This document shows, piece after piece, positions 48,598 to 60,121 of a DNA stretch of 64,000 nucleotides. Numbering within the stretch: the stretch's first letter is position 1; every line of letters starts with the position of its first letter. A model generated the notes under the pieces. It searched no databases. It saw nothing but the letters and a program-made list of their open reading frames with translations, and was not told where the DNA came from. The translations under genes were made by a program, and so were the position numbers. The DNA is from Candidatus Nomurabacteria bacterium (lineage in GTDB: Bacteria > Patescibacteriota > Minisyncoccia > Phycocordibacterales > UBA918), in NCBI GenBank assembly GCA_023898585.1, contig CP060229.1, forward strand, positions 75,388-139,387, written 5' to 3'.

Positions 48598-48668
48598 TTG
48601 CGGGGCCCGGAATCGAACCGGGGTCTGGAGGTTATGAGCCTCCCGAGGTACCTCTCCTCTACCCCGCT
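48598..48668 (-). tRNA. tRNA-Met(CAT), initiator-like (1:72 mismatch)
   Basis: reverse complement AGCGGGGTAGAGGAGAGGTACCTCGGGAGGCTCATAACCTCCAGACCCCGGTTCGATTCCGGGCCCCGCAA. Confidence 0.65.
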
Positions 48669-49046
48669 GTAATATTCATTCTTTTCTCCTCTCATCTTAA
48701 CGGAATCTCGGGAGGTTATGAGTCTTATGATTTTTCTGCTCGGTACCTCTCCTCTACCCCGCTGTAATATTCATTCTTTTCTCCTCTCATCTTAACGGAA
48801 TCTCGGGAGGTTATGAGTCTTATGATTTTTCTGCTCGGTACCTCTCCTCTACCCCGCTGTAATATTCATTCTTTTCTCCTCTCATCTTAACGGAATCTCG
48901 GGAGGTTATGAGTCTTATGATTTTTCTGCTCGGTACCTCTCCTCTACCCCGCTGTAATATTCATTCTTTTCTCCTCTCATCTTAACGGAATCTCGGGAGG
49001 TTATGAGTCTTATGATTTTTCTGCTCGGTACCTCTCCTCTACCCCG
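48669..49046. repeat. tandem repeat, 95-bp unit, about 4.6 copies, derived from upstream region + 5' half of the adjacent tRNA-Met
   Basis: unit TCTCGGGAGGTTATGAGTCTTATGATTTTTCTGCTCGGTACCTCTCCTCTACCCCGCTGTAATATTCATTCTTTTCTCCTCTCATCTTAACGGAA starting at 48706, 48801, 48896, 48991, with a variant copy spanning the tRNA itself. Confidence 0.9.
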
Positions 49047-49270
49047 CTATGTTATTTAATTCTACTGCTACCACGCGTTTGAATGAGCTCTTCTCATCCT
49101 ACAGGGTCTGTACACCTTGTCACTAAATTATTTCGTTCCTCATAATTTAGCAGGCAAGGTCTTGCGAAGGTCTCCCAGACCTTCTCAACCCGCTTAATAC
49201 CAATTCTATTTCTGTCGATTTAAAAACAAACGACAGTGTTAAATTACACCATTTTCGAAATGTTAGCAAC

Positions 49271-49906
49271 TTAAGTAACCCCAAACTCGGCAAACACTCG
49301 TCGGTATCTGGCGATTGTTTCCTCAGTCATTCTTTTTGTTAGCACATAATCAGCTCCGTCGTGTGCAATACGGTTTCTGACCTTATGCGCTTCCCAAGCA
49401 TCGTTCAATGACCCTAGTTGCGAGGGGGAAATACTTCGCAATCTTTCTCCGAGAGAATCTCCAGCGTAGCCACGATTCTTCAGCACACTATCGAGAATGA
49501 TATCTGCTTCGATGATCGCCAGCTTCCAATCGTTTGGATTATCGGATTCGGAATGGGTAAAGATGTCAGCCAAGCGACTGTTTGTACCGTTCCCCCTTAT
49601 TTGTTCATCATAGAGTTTCTCTTGAGCCCGTAGCCTTTCTGTACGTAAATCATAATAGAGATTTTTTTGCACCGCAGCGTACACATATAAAATCAAAAAT
49701 ATAATACAGACGATGTAAGCCAATACGGTATAAAATGACCAAAAAGAACCGAGAAAACTGACCAGTCCATTAGGCACGCTTCCGCCACTGAAAAGTCCGG
49801 TAAACAAAACTGAAATATCAATCCCAAAGGATGATAATGGGACGCTAGGCACCGCCGTTGTGGCTGAAGTGCTGGTTACGAATGTGATTGGTTCTGTTGG
49901 ATCCAT
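49271..49906 (-). CDS. hypothetical membrane-anchored protein with C-terminal HEPN-like Rx4-6H motif
   Basis: N-terminal TM; C-terminal ...NDAWEAHKVRNRIAHDG. Confidence 0.35.
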   Translation of the reverse strand: MDPTEPITFVTSTSATTAVPSVPLSSFGIDISVLFTGLFSGGSVPNGLVSFLGSFWSFYTVLAYIVCIIFLILYVYAAVQKNLYYDLRTERLRAQEKLYDEQIRGNGTNSRLADIFTHSESDNPNDWKLAIIEADIILDSVLKNRGYAGDSLGERLRSISPSQLGSLNDAWEAHKVRNRIAHDGADYVLTKRMTEETIARYRRVFAEFGVT

Positions 49907-49912
49907 AATGCG

Positions 49913-51343
49913 CTAACCGCGCTTGTCATAAATTGTTTTACCGATGGCAAACAATTTGGAATCACTCCCGTGCGGTCCAATATATTGTACCCCAACCGGT
50001 AGCGATTTTTTGTCTCGCTCCACTTCTCCCATTGGAAAAGACAGAGCCGGTACTCCCGTCAAATTCACCGGTACGGTAAAGATGTCTTGTTTGTACATGG
50101 CAAGAGGGTCGCTTTTTTCTCCGAGTTTAAAAGCGGGAGTAGGGGTAGTCGGAGTCAAGATTACGTCTACTTTCTTGAAGACTTCTTTTAGTTCCTCGCG
50201 CATTTTTTTACGAACCAACTCGGCTTTTCCGTAATAAGCGTCGTAGTAACCCGCAGACAAAACGTAAGTTCCAAGCAAGATACGCCTTTTAACTTCCGCT
50301 CCAAATCCTTCAGCCCGTGACTTTTCGTAAACATCCAACAGAGTGTCGCCTTCGGCTGAATGTCCGTAGCGAATTCCGTCGTAACGAGCCAAGTTGGAAG
50401 AAACTTCGGCCGGCATCACGATGTAGTAAGAAGCCAGTCCCTGTTCAAAAAGTGGCAACTCAATATCCACAATTTCGTGACCAGCCTTTTTCAACAGTTC
50501 AATATGGTCATTAAAAGCTTGAAGCACATCCGGATCAATGCCGTCTGCTAAAAAATGTTTCGGTACTCCAAAGGTGTATTTTTCCTTTACTGGTAATTCA
50601 GGATAAGTGTCTTTATCAATGGTCGTCCCGTCCATTTTATCGAGGCCAGACATGATATCGTGTACCAATTCAGCGTCAGCCACAGTATTGGTAAGCGGAC
50701 CGGCCTGATCCAATGAAGATCCCATGGCCATTAGCCCATAGCGAGAAACGGCACCGTAAGTGGGCTTAAATCCGACAATCCCACAATAGCTGGCCGGTTG
50801 TCTGATAGAACCTCCGGTGTCAGTACCTATTGCAACCGGCACCGCCCCCATGGCGACCGAAGCCGCCGAACCGCCGGAAGAACCCCCCGGCACACGCTCG
50901 GTATCAACCGGGTTTTTAGTCGGGCCAAAGGCCGAATTTTCCGTAGAGCCTCCCATGGCAAACTCGTCCATATTAGTTGCGCCGACAATAATCGCTCCGG
51001 CTTCTTTCAGTTTCGCAACAATCGTTGCGTCATAGACGGCCTTGTAGTTTTCGAGAATTTTTGACGCGCCGGTTGCCTTCCTACCTTTTACCAATATGTT
51101 GTTTTTCAAAGCGATCGGCACACCAAGGAGAGGTGGTATATCTTTTCCTTTTTCTTTATATTCTTTTGTCGCTTTTTCAGCCTCACCCAAAGCATCTTCA
51201 TAAACGTCCAAAAAAGCATGTATGTTGCCGTCTTTTTCCTTGATGACTGCTAATGCTTCCTCGACCGCGTCGACGGGAGTGTAGTCGCCGGTTATAAACT
51301 TCGCTCGTAAATCGGAAATTGTTTTCATATTGTCATTAATCAC
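49913..51343 (-). CDS. gatA: Asp-tRNA(Asn)/Glu-tRNA(Gln) amidotransferase subunit A
   Basis: amidase signature GGSSGGSAASVA, 476 aa. Confidence 0.9.
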   Translation of the reverse strand: MINDNMKTISDLRAKFITGDYTPVDAVEEALAVIKEKDGNIHAFLDVYEDALGEAEKATKEYKEKGKDIPPLLGVPIALKNNILVKGRKATGASKILENYKAVYDATIVAKLKEAGAIIVGATNMDEFAMGGSTENSAFGPTKNPVDTERVPGGSSGGSAASVAMGAVPVAIGTDTGGSIRQPASYCGIVGFKPTYGAVSRYGLMAMGSSLDQAGPLTNTVADAELVHDIMSGLDKMDGTTIDKDTYPELPVKEKYTFGVPKHFLADGIDPDVLQAFNDHIELLKKAGHEIVDIELPLFEQGLASYYIVMPAEVSSNLARYDGIRYGHSAEGDTLLDVYEKSRAEGFGAEVKRRILLGTYVLSAGYYDAYYGKAELVRKKMREELKEVFKKVDVILTPTTPTPAFKLGEKSDPLAMYKQDIFTVPVNLTGVPALSFPMGEVERDKKSLPVGVQYIGPHGSDSKLFAIGKTIYDKRG

Positions 51344-51662
51344 CTGTGTGTAAGATTTTCTTCACTGTCAAAAATCGACCTTCTGCTGATGGCATTTCAG
51401 CCATTATGTCTTCTGTAAACTCATCGGAAGCGTTGGTCACTTCGTCTTTTCGAAAAATATTAAACCGCACACCGACTTCCGGTGTGGCTTTTTCATCGTC
51501 GGCCACGATGCCACTTACTGTACTGACGTAGGACACGATTGAGGTTAGTTCTTCGGGAAGAATCTCCTTCTCTTTCTCTGTCAACCTAATACGAGCCAAG
51601 GTCGCCAAATGTTCTATATCTTCTTTTTTCATGAAACCTAGCATACCATTTACCACCGACAA
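51336..51662 (-). CDS. gatC: Asp/Glu-tRNA amidotransferase subunit C
   Basis: about 100-aa ORF overlapping gatA start, GatC-like N-terminus (DIEHLATLARIRLTEKE). Confidence 0.65.
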   Translation of the reverse strand: MSVVNGMLGFMKKEDIEHLATLARIRLTEKEKEILPEELTSIVSYVSTVSGIVADDEKATPEVGVRFNIFRKDEVTNASDEFTEDIMAEMPSAEGRFLTVKKILHTGD

Positions 51663-51714
51663 TTTAAACTTTTCAACCCAAACACTTTAAATACGTTGTC
51701 GGACCGGTAAAAAC

Positions 51715-54324
<2,610 letters not shown>

Positions 54325-54344
<20 letters not shown>

Positions 54345-54969
54345 ATAAATAGGTTACCACCTCCACTTGTTGCACATCCTTCAGCGAGCCGGTTCGCCAG
54401 GTTACTTTGGAGGTGACTTTGAGCTGACCGGCAGGTAGACCGGTAGCATCAAAAGACACCACTCTTGTGTACGGTGTCTTAGTATTTGGATTTGTACCAG
54501 AATTAACATCGTAGGTATAACGAGATCGCTTTCCGGGCGTGTTGGCTATGTATAGGAGGCATTTGTTATCTGAACCTGCGACACAAGAATCTGCTGATTT
54601 TAACCCTCCCACGTTACTATCTGAATTAAGCTCCATTCTGCAACCGTTTGACTCAAAACATCTGCGATATGTACCCGAAGTATCGGTAAAATCATCCCAG
54701 GGTTTTTCAATATATTCGGGATCGTGAACGTTGGGAGCAATATCGGGAATATACTTCTTCAAAACCAAATCATCCCGTGCTTTTTGGGCTATCTCCGCTC
54801 CCTCCTGCGCCAAAAAGAAAGCGACCACCTGCTCCCCGGAAAAACTTGTACTATTGGAAGCGGAGATGATTATCTTCATCGGACCGACCACCACGATCAG
54901 CAAAATGGTTATAGCGACCAGTGTCTCCACTAAACTAAAACCTTCTTGTTGTGACCGAAAATATCTCAT
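54325..54969 (-). CDS. type IV pilus minor pilin (prepilin-type N-terminal cleavage/methylation domain)
   Basis: QEGFSLVETLVAITILLIVVVG class III signal. Confidence 0.65.
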
Positions 54970-55622
54970 ATGTCTAATACCCTTTGTGTTACCGTCGTCT
55001 GCATATCATACACTTTAGAATCACTCACTTCTCTCGCTTTGATATAGATAGTAACCGTAGCTTGATCATTTTTTGGTAGAGAACCTCCTCCTGTATCATT
55101 TAAAGGCCGACTGCCGGTCACAAAAAACTCTGCCTCTTCAATGGCAATTCCTGAAGAAACGATTGACTGTGCTGTTCCTCCACTCACCCGACGCATGATT
55201 GTCTTCGCATCTTTATCAAAATAATAGACAATTCTTTTGTCGGGAGCTCCGGTGATACTCTGCCCGCTTTCGACAAAGGAAATGCCGTGGAATTTTTGTG
55301 AGGTTTTATTTCCTTCGTGACAGTCATTAAAAACATTCGAATCTAAGGGTTCATTTGGCTTGAAAGTCTTTTTTGGACCTCCACTGAGAGAATTTTGACT
55401 ATCACAAAAATACTTCGTCCCCGTCCTAATCTCTCTCGTCATACTATCAAGCGCAAAGGAAAGATTAACCATGACACTTTGCTCTTTTTGCAACTGTTCG
55501 TTTGAAGCGATGAGTGAAAGGAGAGCACCAACAGAAATAGTGATCACCACCGAAAAAAGTCCCAGCGCGACAATCATTTCTATGAGGGTGAAACCCGATT
55601 GTGTCTTGTTAAAAGTTTTCAT
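54966..55622 (-). CDS. type IV pilus minor pilin (PilV/FimT-like)
   Basis: QSGFTLIEMIVALGLFSVV prepilin signal. Confidence 0.65.
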   Translation of the reverse strand: MKTFNKTQSGFTLIEMIVALGLFSVVITISVGALLSLIASNEQLQKEQSVMVNLSFALDSMTREIRTGTKYFCDSQNSLSGGPKKTFKPNEPLDSNVFNDCHEGNKTSQKFHGISFVESGQSITGAPDKRIVYYFDKDAKTIMRRVSGGTAQSIVSSGIAIEEAEFFVTGSRPLNDTGGGSLPKNDQATVTIYIKAREVSDSKVYDMQTTVTQRVLDI

Positions 55623-55629
55623 CTAAATA

Positions 55630-56250
55630 CTATAATACCGCAATTTGCCCGGTCGACGTTATCTCAATTGTGCGTACTTCTCCGCTACAAGTGGTGTTGT
55701 CACATTCTTTTGAGATATCAATTTCCACTTTTGAAGCTGTCACTTCGCCCGAAGAATCAAAAAAGCGAGCATCGAAATTGGGACGTTCAAAAATAACTGA
55801 CAATCCGTTACCGTCATAACTATCTCCTACGGCTCGTATCGCTCTAACTTCAAACTTCTTGTCAAGCACACCCTGAATACCAAATTCTTCTCCGGTGTTA
55901 TAGAATCCATTTAAGGTGGGGGCGTCTTTAAAAATGCGATAGGAATTATCCTGGCTGTTTGCCGTATCAAAATGCACCCCCATCACTGAACGAAAATTTG
56001 CATTGCTACCGATTGAACCGACGGCGCTGAGTTGCACTTCTCTAATATGTAAAGCTATCTCGTAGGCTTGGTTACGCAGCAAAACAGCATCATTGAAAGA
56101 ACTCTGTCGCACCATGATGATGGTAGTCACGATCATCATTATGGTGAGACTAACCATCAACTCTATCAACCCGAAACCGGACTGCTCGTGATCGTTGCGA
56201 AATGAAGATGATGGGGTTTTTCTAAAAAAAGCTAAATAATTCCAAGACAT
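55630..56250 (-). CDS. type IV pilus minor pilin (GspH/FimT-like)
   Basis: EQSGFGLIELMVSLTIMMIV prepilin signal after long leader. Confidence 0.55.
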   Translation of the reverse strand: MSWNYLAFFRKTPSSSFRNDHEQSGFGLIELMVSLTIMMIVTTIIMVRQSSFNDAVLLRNQAYEIALHIREVQLSAVGSIGSNANFRSVMGVHFDTANSQDNSYRIFKDAPTLNGFYNTGEEFGIQGVLDKKFEVRAIRAVGDSYDGNGLSVIFERPNFDARFFDSSGEVTASKVEIDISKECDNTTCSGEVRTIEITSTGQIAVL

Positions 56251-57070
56251 TTAGTTTTGTAAATATAATTACCAGCCCACTTGCCACCAAGAAGGGCGCG
56301 AATGGTACAGCGCTTTTCATTGTAAGGGCTCTACCGGCAAAATGTAAGCGAGATTGTCCCCTTTTTAATTTCTGCCAGCCGATCACAATCAGGCTGATTA
56401 CCGCGCCGATCCAAAAAGATAAAACCACGAAAGAAAAAACAAAAGGCGTGCCGACTAGTAACCCCAAAGGAAAAGCCAGCTTTACATCGCCAAAACCAAG
56501 CCACTTACCTTTAGAAATGACCCACAAAAACAACAAGAAAGCCGATCCGAAGAGAGCTGACAAAAATCTGAAAGTTAAGACTTCCCAATCTTGAGGCAAC
56601 AATAAATACTCATAGCCGATTAAAACCAGTACGGAAAAAGTCAGTATTATTGTCAGTCTGTCCGGAATTATGAAATGATACAAATCATAAACCGTAATAA
56701 CCATCAACACGGAAAAAATAAACCAAAAGAGAATGACGATAAAAATATTGAGAGACAACGTCAGACTAAGTACGAACAAAACGCCGGTCGCCAGTTCCAC
56801 CAAAAAATAACGACAGGGTATGCGAGAGCCACAAGTGCGACATCGTCCGCGTAATATCAGATATGAAAACAAAGGAAATAATTCAAACCACCGAAGGCTT
56901 GCACCACAAGAAAGACAGTGCGAGTTTCCCGACAAAGACTTGCCGGTATGAAAACGGTAGATGTAGACATTGAGAAAACTACCGATGATTACACCAAAGC
57001 CAAACGCGACCAACTGTAGCCACCAGTAAGGGAAAAGGGTGAGGTCGATAAGTGTAGGAACTGCGAGCAT
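56222..57070 (-). CDS. pilD: prepilin peptidase (A24 family)
   Basis: N-terminal Cys4 (CLSCGASL...CRTCGSRI), multi-TM peptidase A24 domain. Confidence 0.85.
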   Translation of the reverse strand: MLAVPTLIDLTLFPYWWLQLVAFGFGVIIGSFLNVYIYRFHTGKSLSGNSHCLSCGASLRWFELFPLFSYLILRGRCRTCGSRIPCRYFLVELATGVLFVLSLTLSLNIFIVILFWFIFSVLMVITVYDLYHFIIPDRLTIILTFSVLVLIGYEYLLLPQDWEVLTFRFLSALFGSAFLLFLWVISKGKWLGFGDVKLAFPLGLLVGTPFVFSFVVLSFWIGAVISLIVIGWQKLKRGQSRLHFAGRALTMKSAVPFAPFLVASGLVIIFTKLNVLELFSFF

Positions 57071-57184
57071 GAGACTGACATTATACCGCTATCAAACCTA
57101 TACCCCAAATGACTACGATGACTGCAACAGTTCTCCCGAAGTTCCGAAGGGTTACCCTTCGCGAAGGGTTACCCTTCGGGGACG

Positions 57185-57622
57185 TTATTGGCAGGTGTAC
57201 TCTTCGGACCCGGAGGTGGTTATGAGGGCGGTTCCCCGCTCGACTCGGTTGCCGGCGCTGTCGACACAGTAATGGACTGATGAATTGAGCGGGATGGAGA
57301 GAGCGAATCTGTCAGCGGTGCTGTTGCAGGTGACAGTTTGTCCGGAAAAGGTCTCGACTGCGTTGATTTGTTTTACAATGGAGTTTGCCTGCGTCGCGCC
57401 GTTGGTACCACAGACTAGGTCGTAAGTCTTTGATTTTGATTCCTCCACAAACGCCCTCTTACCAACTACCGTCAATTCGGCTTTGATTCTTGCCTCACTT
57501 GCTTGACCACGCGCATTGCTTAAACTAGACAAAATTACCGCGACCAGAATACCAATGATAGCGATAACGATCAGTAGCTCAATTAGGGTGAAGGCCTGTT
57601 GTCTGTTCTGCATATATTTCAA
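57185..57622 (-). CDS. type IV major pilin (PilA-like)
   Basis: QQAFTLIELLIVIAIIGILVAV class III signal; C-terminal Cys pair. Confidence 0.8.
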   Translation of the reverse strand: MKYMQNRQQAFTLIELLIVIAIIGILVAVILSSLSNARGQASEARIKAELTVVGKRAFVEESKSKTYDLVCGTNGATQANSIVKQINAVETFSGQTVTCNSTADRFALSIPLNSSVHYCVDSAGNRVERGTALITTSGSEEYTCQ

Positions 57623-57717
57623 TACTATAACTATAGCAGGAAAAATTGTCTTTTTTCACAATTACAAACAAAAAACCGCCGAGGCGGTTTTTTGTTTGTA
57701 TCTTCTATCTTCGGAGA

Positions 57718-58212
57718 TTATTGACAAGTGGTAACATTATTTCCCGCAGTAGCATCTGCAACTATCCTTGTTGCACCTATTTCGCCAGCAAAACCTGAAC
57801 TGTCGACACAGAAAAACTTTCCAGAACGTAGAGTCACTTGTACTCCGTATGATTCGTCATTGGCTGCACATATTCCCGTGCCATTAGCCTGAGCATTTGC
57901 TGCTTGCATTAATTTTACAATTGGTGCATTTGCACAGACTCCGGGAGCATTTGTTCCACTGTCCGTAACATTAGTCATAGTACCATCAGCAGCCATTGTT
58001 GCATCATTTAAACCATACGTAAATCCATTCTCCGAGTAATAAATTTCAGCAGCATTTCTGATGTTGTTGGTGGAGGTCTTCGCAGACGCGTCATTGGCAT
58101 TATCCCGAGCATCGTTTAGTGAACCAATCACCACCGCTGCCAAGATACCAATAATCGCGATCACGACGAGAAGTTCGATGAGTGTAAAACCTCGTTGTAA
58201 AGTCTTTTTCAT
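57718..58212 (-). CDS. type IV major pilin (PilA-like), second paralog
   Basis: MKKTLQRGFTLIELLVVIAIIGILAAV (start trimmed from 58245 to 58212); C-terminal Cys pair. Confidence 0.8.
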   Translation of the reverse strand: MKKTLQRGFTLIELLVVIAIIGILAAVVIGSLNDARDNANDASAKTSTNNIRNAAEIYYSENGFTYGLNDATMAADGTMTNVTDSGTNAPGVCANAPIVKLMQAANAQANGTGICAANDESYGVQVTLRSGKFFCVDSSGFAGEIGATRIVADATAGNNVTTCQ

Positions 58213-58376
58213 AAAATACTTATACTTAATTATCTTTTTATTCATTAATATCGGATTTCAGATATCAGCTGCGTATCTGAAACTCGACGGCCTACGTTGT
58301 ACGAGGCTCCATTTATTATACGACGTTGTTCCGCTTTAAAAATAAACAGTAGTCAGCAATTGTGGACAACACAACT

Positions 58377-58571
58377 TAGAGCATGTCCAAAAACCCTACA
58401 CAAAAGAGTAAATTCTTCTCTAATATTTTGTTTCGGCTCGTCGGTTTGCAAAATTTGGTCAAAAAACCGCTATAATTTCTTACCGTACATCAGTATGGCT
58501 CGAAATTCTATCAATTTTTTGTCTCAAATTTTGCAAACCTTTGGAGCTCGAGGGTTTTTGGACATGCTCTA
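58377..58571 (+). repeat. MITE-like element copy B (195 bp) with extra palindromic half-site 58572..58586
   Basis: TIRs TAGAGCATGTCCAAAAA ... TTTTTGGACATGCTCTA; inverted copy of 23436..23632. Confidence 0.8.
58446..58476 (+). promoter_or_regulatory. sigma70-like promoter-like sequence inside the repeat (TTGCAA-N19-TATAAT)
   Basis: perfect -10 TATAAT at 58471..58476, -35 TTGCAA at 58446..58451; same sequence inverted in copy A about 23517..23547 facing DUF192. Confidence 0.35.
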
Positions 58572-58890
58572 GAGCATGTCCAAAAATCCCAATTTCTGCG
58601 TTGTCTGCATCTCGGTATGCTCACCGTATGTCCATATACGTCTCACATACCTCGATTTGACACCGTACCGGTGCTGTACACCTTTTGGATAATTTTATTC
58701 GTAAACTCTAAAATTATCGCAAAAGGTCTTGCAAAAGTCTTCTAGACTTTCTCACCTTGAAATTGTGAGTTTTGAAGACATGCTCTTGCTCTGTTGCAAT
58801 GTCAGACAATCATACCGCTCTGTATTATAAGGTTTTCAGACATTCTCTTGGTGAGGAATGACTCTTCGTATGGGGCTGAAAGTGGAAGAG

Positions 58891-60108
58891 CTAGAAAGCG
58901 CTCGTCATGTTGTAAATAGGCATCAACACTGAAGCGAGAAGTACACCTACCCCGAGACCAAGGAGCACGATCATGGCCGGTTCAATCAGGCCTATTAAAG
59001 TGTCAACCGCATTGTTTACCTCACGCCGGTAGAAGTTGGAAAGAGTGGTGAGGATAGTTGCCAAGCTTCCGGTTTCTTCACCGACCTTGACCATTTGAGC
59101 GAGTACACCGGGGATCTCAGGATATTCCGCTATAGAGTCGGCAAAAGAACGTCCACCCTTAACTTCCGTCAAAGCTGATTCGATAATCTCTCGATAAACA
59201 GCGTTGTCAACCACATCGGCAGTCACTTCAAGAGCCTGTACAATCGAAATACCGCTTCCGAGCATGGTAGACATGTTGTCACAGATGCGAGTCAAGAGTA
59301 GCTTTCTTTGCAGATCACCAAGATACGGCAGAGAAATTAGTAATCCGTCTATGGTGCGTTTACCAACTTCGGTTTTAGAAAATCGCCAAGCTCCAATACC
59401 GCCAAGAGCAATGATGAACAGCAACAAGGCGATATAATCGACCATGAAATCAGAAATACCGATGACTATCTTGGTATATATAGGTAGCTCTTGACCAGAA
59501 TCTGACAAAATGGCGGCGATATTCGGTATCACTAAAGTAAGCATCATCGCCATAACACCAATAAATATTGTGATCACAAAGGCCGGATAAACGAGAGCAT
59601 TTCTGGCTTTGGAAATCACTTCATACTGTCGGTCGAGATAATCTGCCAAATAATCAAAGGTTTTTTCCAGTGAGCCGGATTCTTCCCCAGCTTTCACCAG
59701 ATTTATATAGAATGACGAGAATATGTCGGAATGAACTGACAAGGCTTTGGATATCGAATTACCGCCTTGCAGATCTTCAACAATTTGGTTCATCGCGCTT
59801 TTTAGTCTGGGGTTTTCAATCTCGGCCGACAACAACCGGAAGATTCTAAGGGGTGAAACCTGAGCTTGAAATAAAGTGGCAATCTGTCGTGACAAAATTA
59901 CCACTTCTTTGTTGGACACCGACTGGAACATTGCAAATTCTATATTGAAAGCCCCCATCAATCCGCTAGTCTCGCCGACCTCAGAAATCGAGATCAGGGT
60001 GTATCCTCGTTTTTGTACCGCAGTGATGGCCGCGTCTACGGTCGAAGCTTCGACGGTGCCTTCGCGTTGAATATTTGAACTGTCTATGGCTTTGTAATTA
60101 AAGAGCAT
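58891..60108 (-). CDS. pilC: type IV pilus platform protein PilC (GspF family)
   Basis: 405 aa, duplicated T2SF domains, three TM segments. Confidence 0.85.
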   Translation of the reverse strand: MLFNYKAIDSSNIQREGTVEASTVDAAITAVQKRGYTLISISEVGETSGLMGAFNIEFAMFQSVSNKEVVILSRQIATLFQAQVSPLRIFRLLSAEIENPRLKSAMNQIVEDLQGGNSISKALSVHSDIFSSFYINLVKAGEESGSLEKTFDYLADYLDRQYEVISKARNALVYPAFVITIFIGVMAMMLTLVIPNIAAILSDSGQELPIYTKIVIGISDFMVDYIALLLFIIALGGIGAWRFSKTEVGKRTIDGLLISLPYLGDLQRKLLLTRICDNMSTMLGSGISIVQALEVTADVVDNAVYREIIESALTEVKGGRSFADSIAEYPEIPGVLAQMVKVGEETGSLATILTTLSNFYRREVNNAVDTLIGLIEPAMIVLLGLGVGVLLASVLMPIYNMTSAF

Positions 60109-60121
60109 ATTTCTTATTTAT

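Noticed and set aside
48519-48695. N-terminal 59-codon extension of the galU ORF
   Set aside because: The extension runs across the tRNA-Met gene and into the tandem repeat. The conserved GalU N-terminus starts at MEITKAVIAVAGSGTRL (48518).
48669-49046. Possible CRISPR array
   Set aside because: Repeats are 95 bp, directly abutting with no unique spacers, and tRNA-derived. It is a tandem repeat, not a CRISPR array. No cas genes are in the window.
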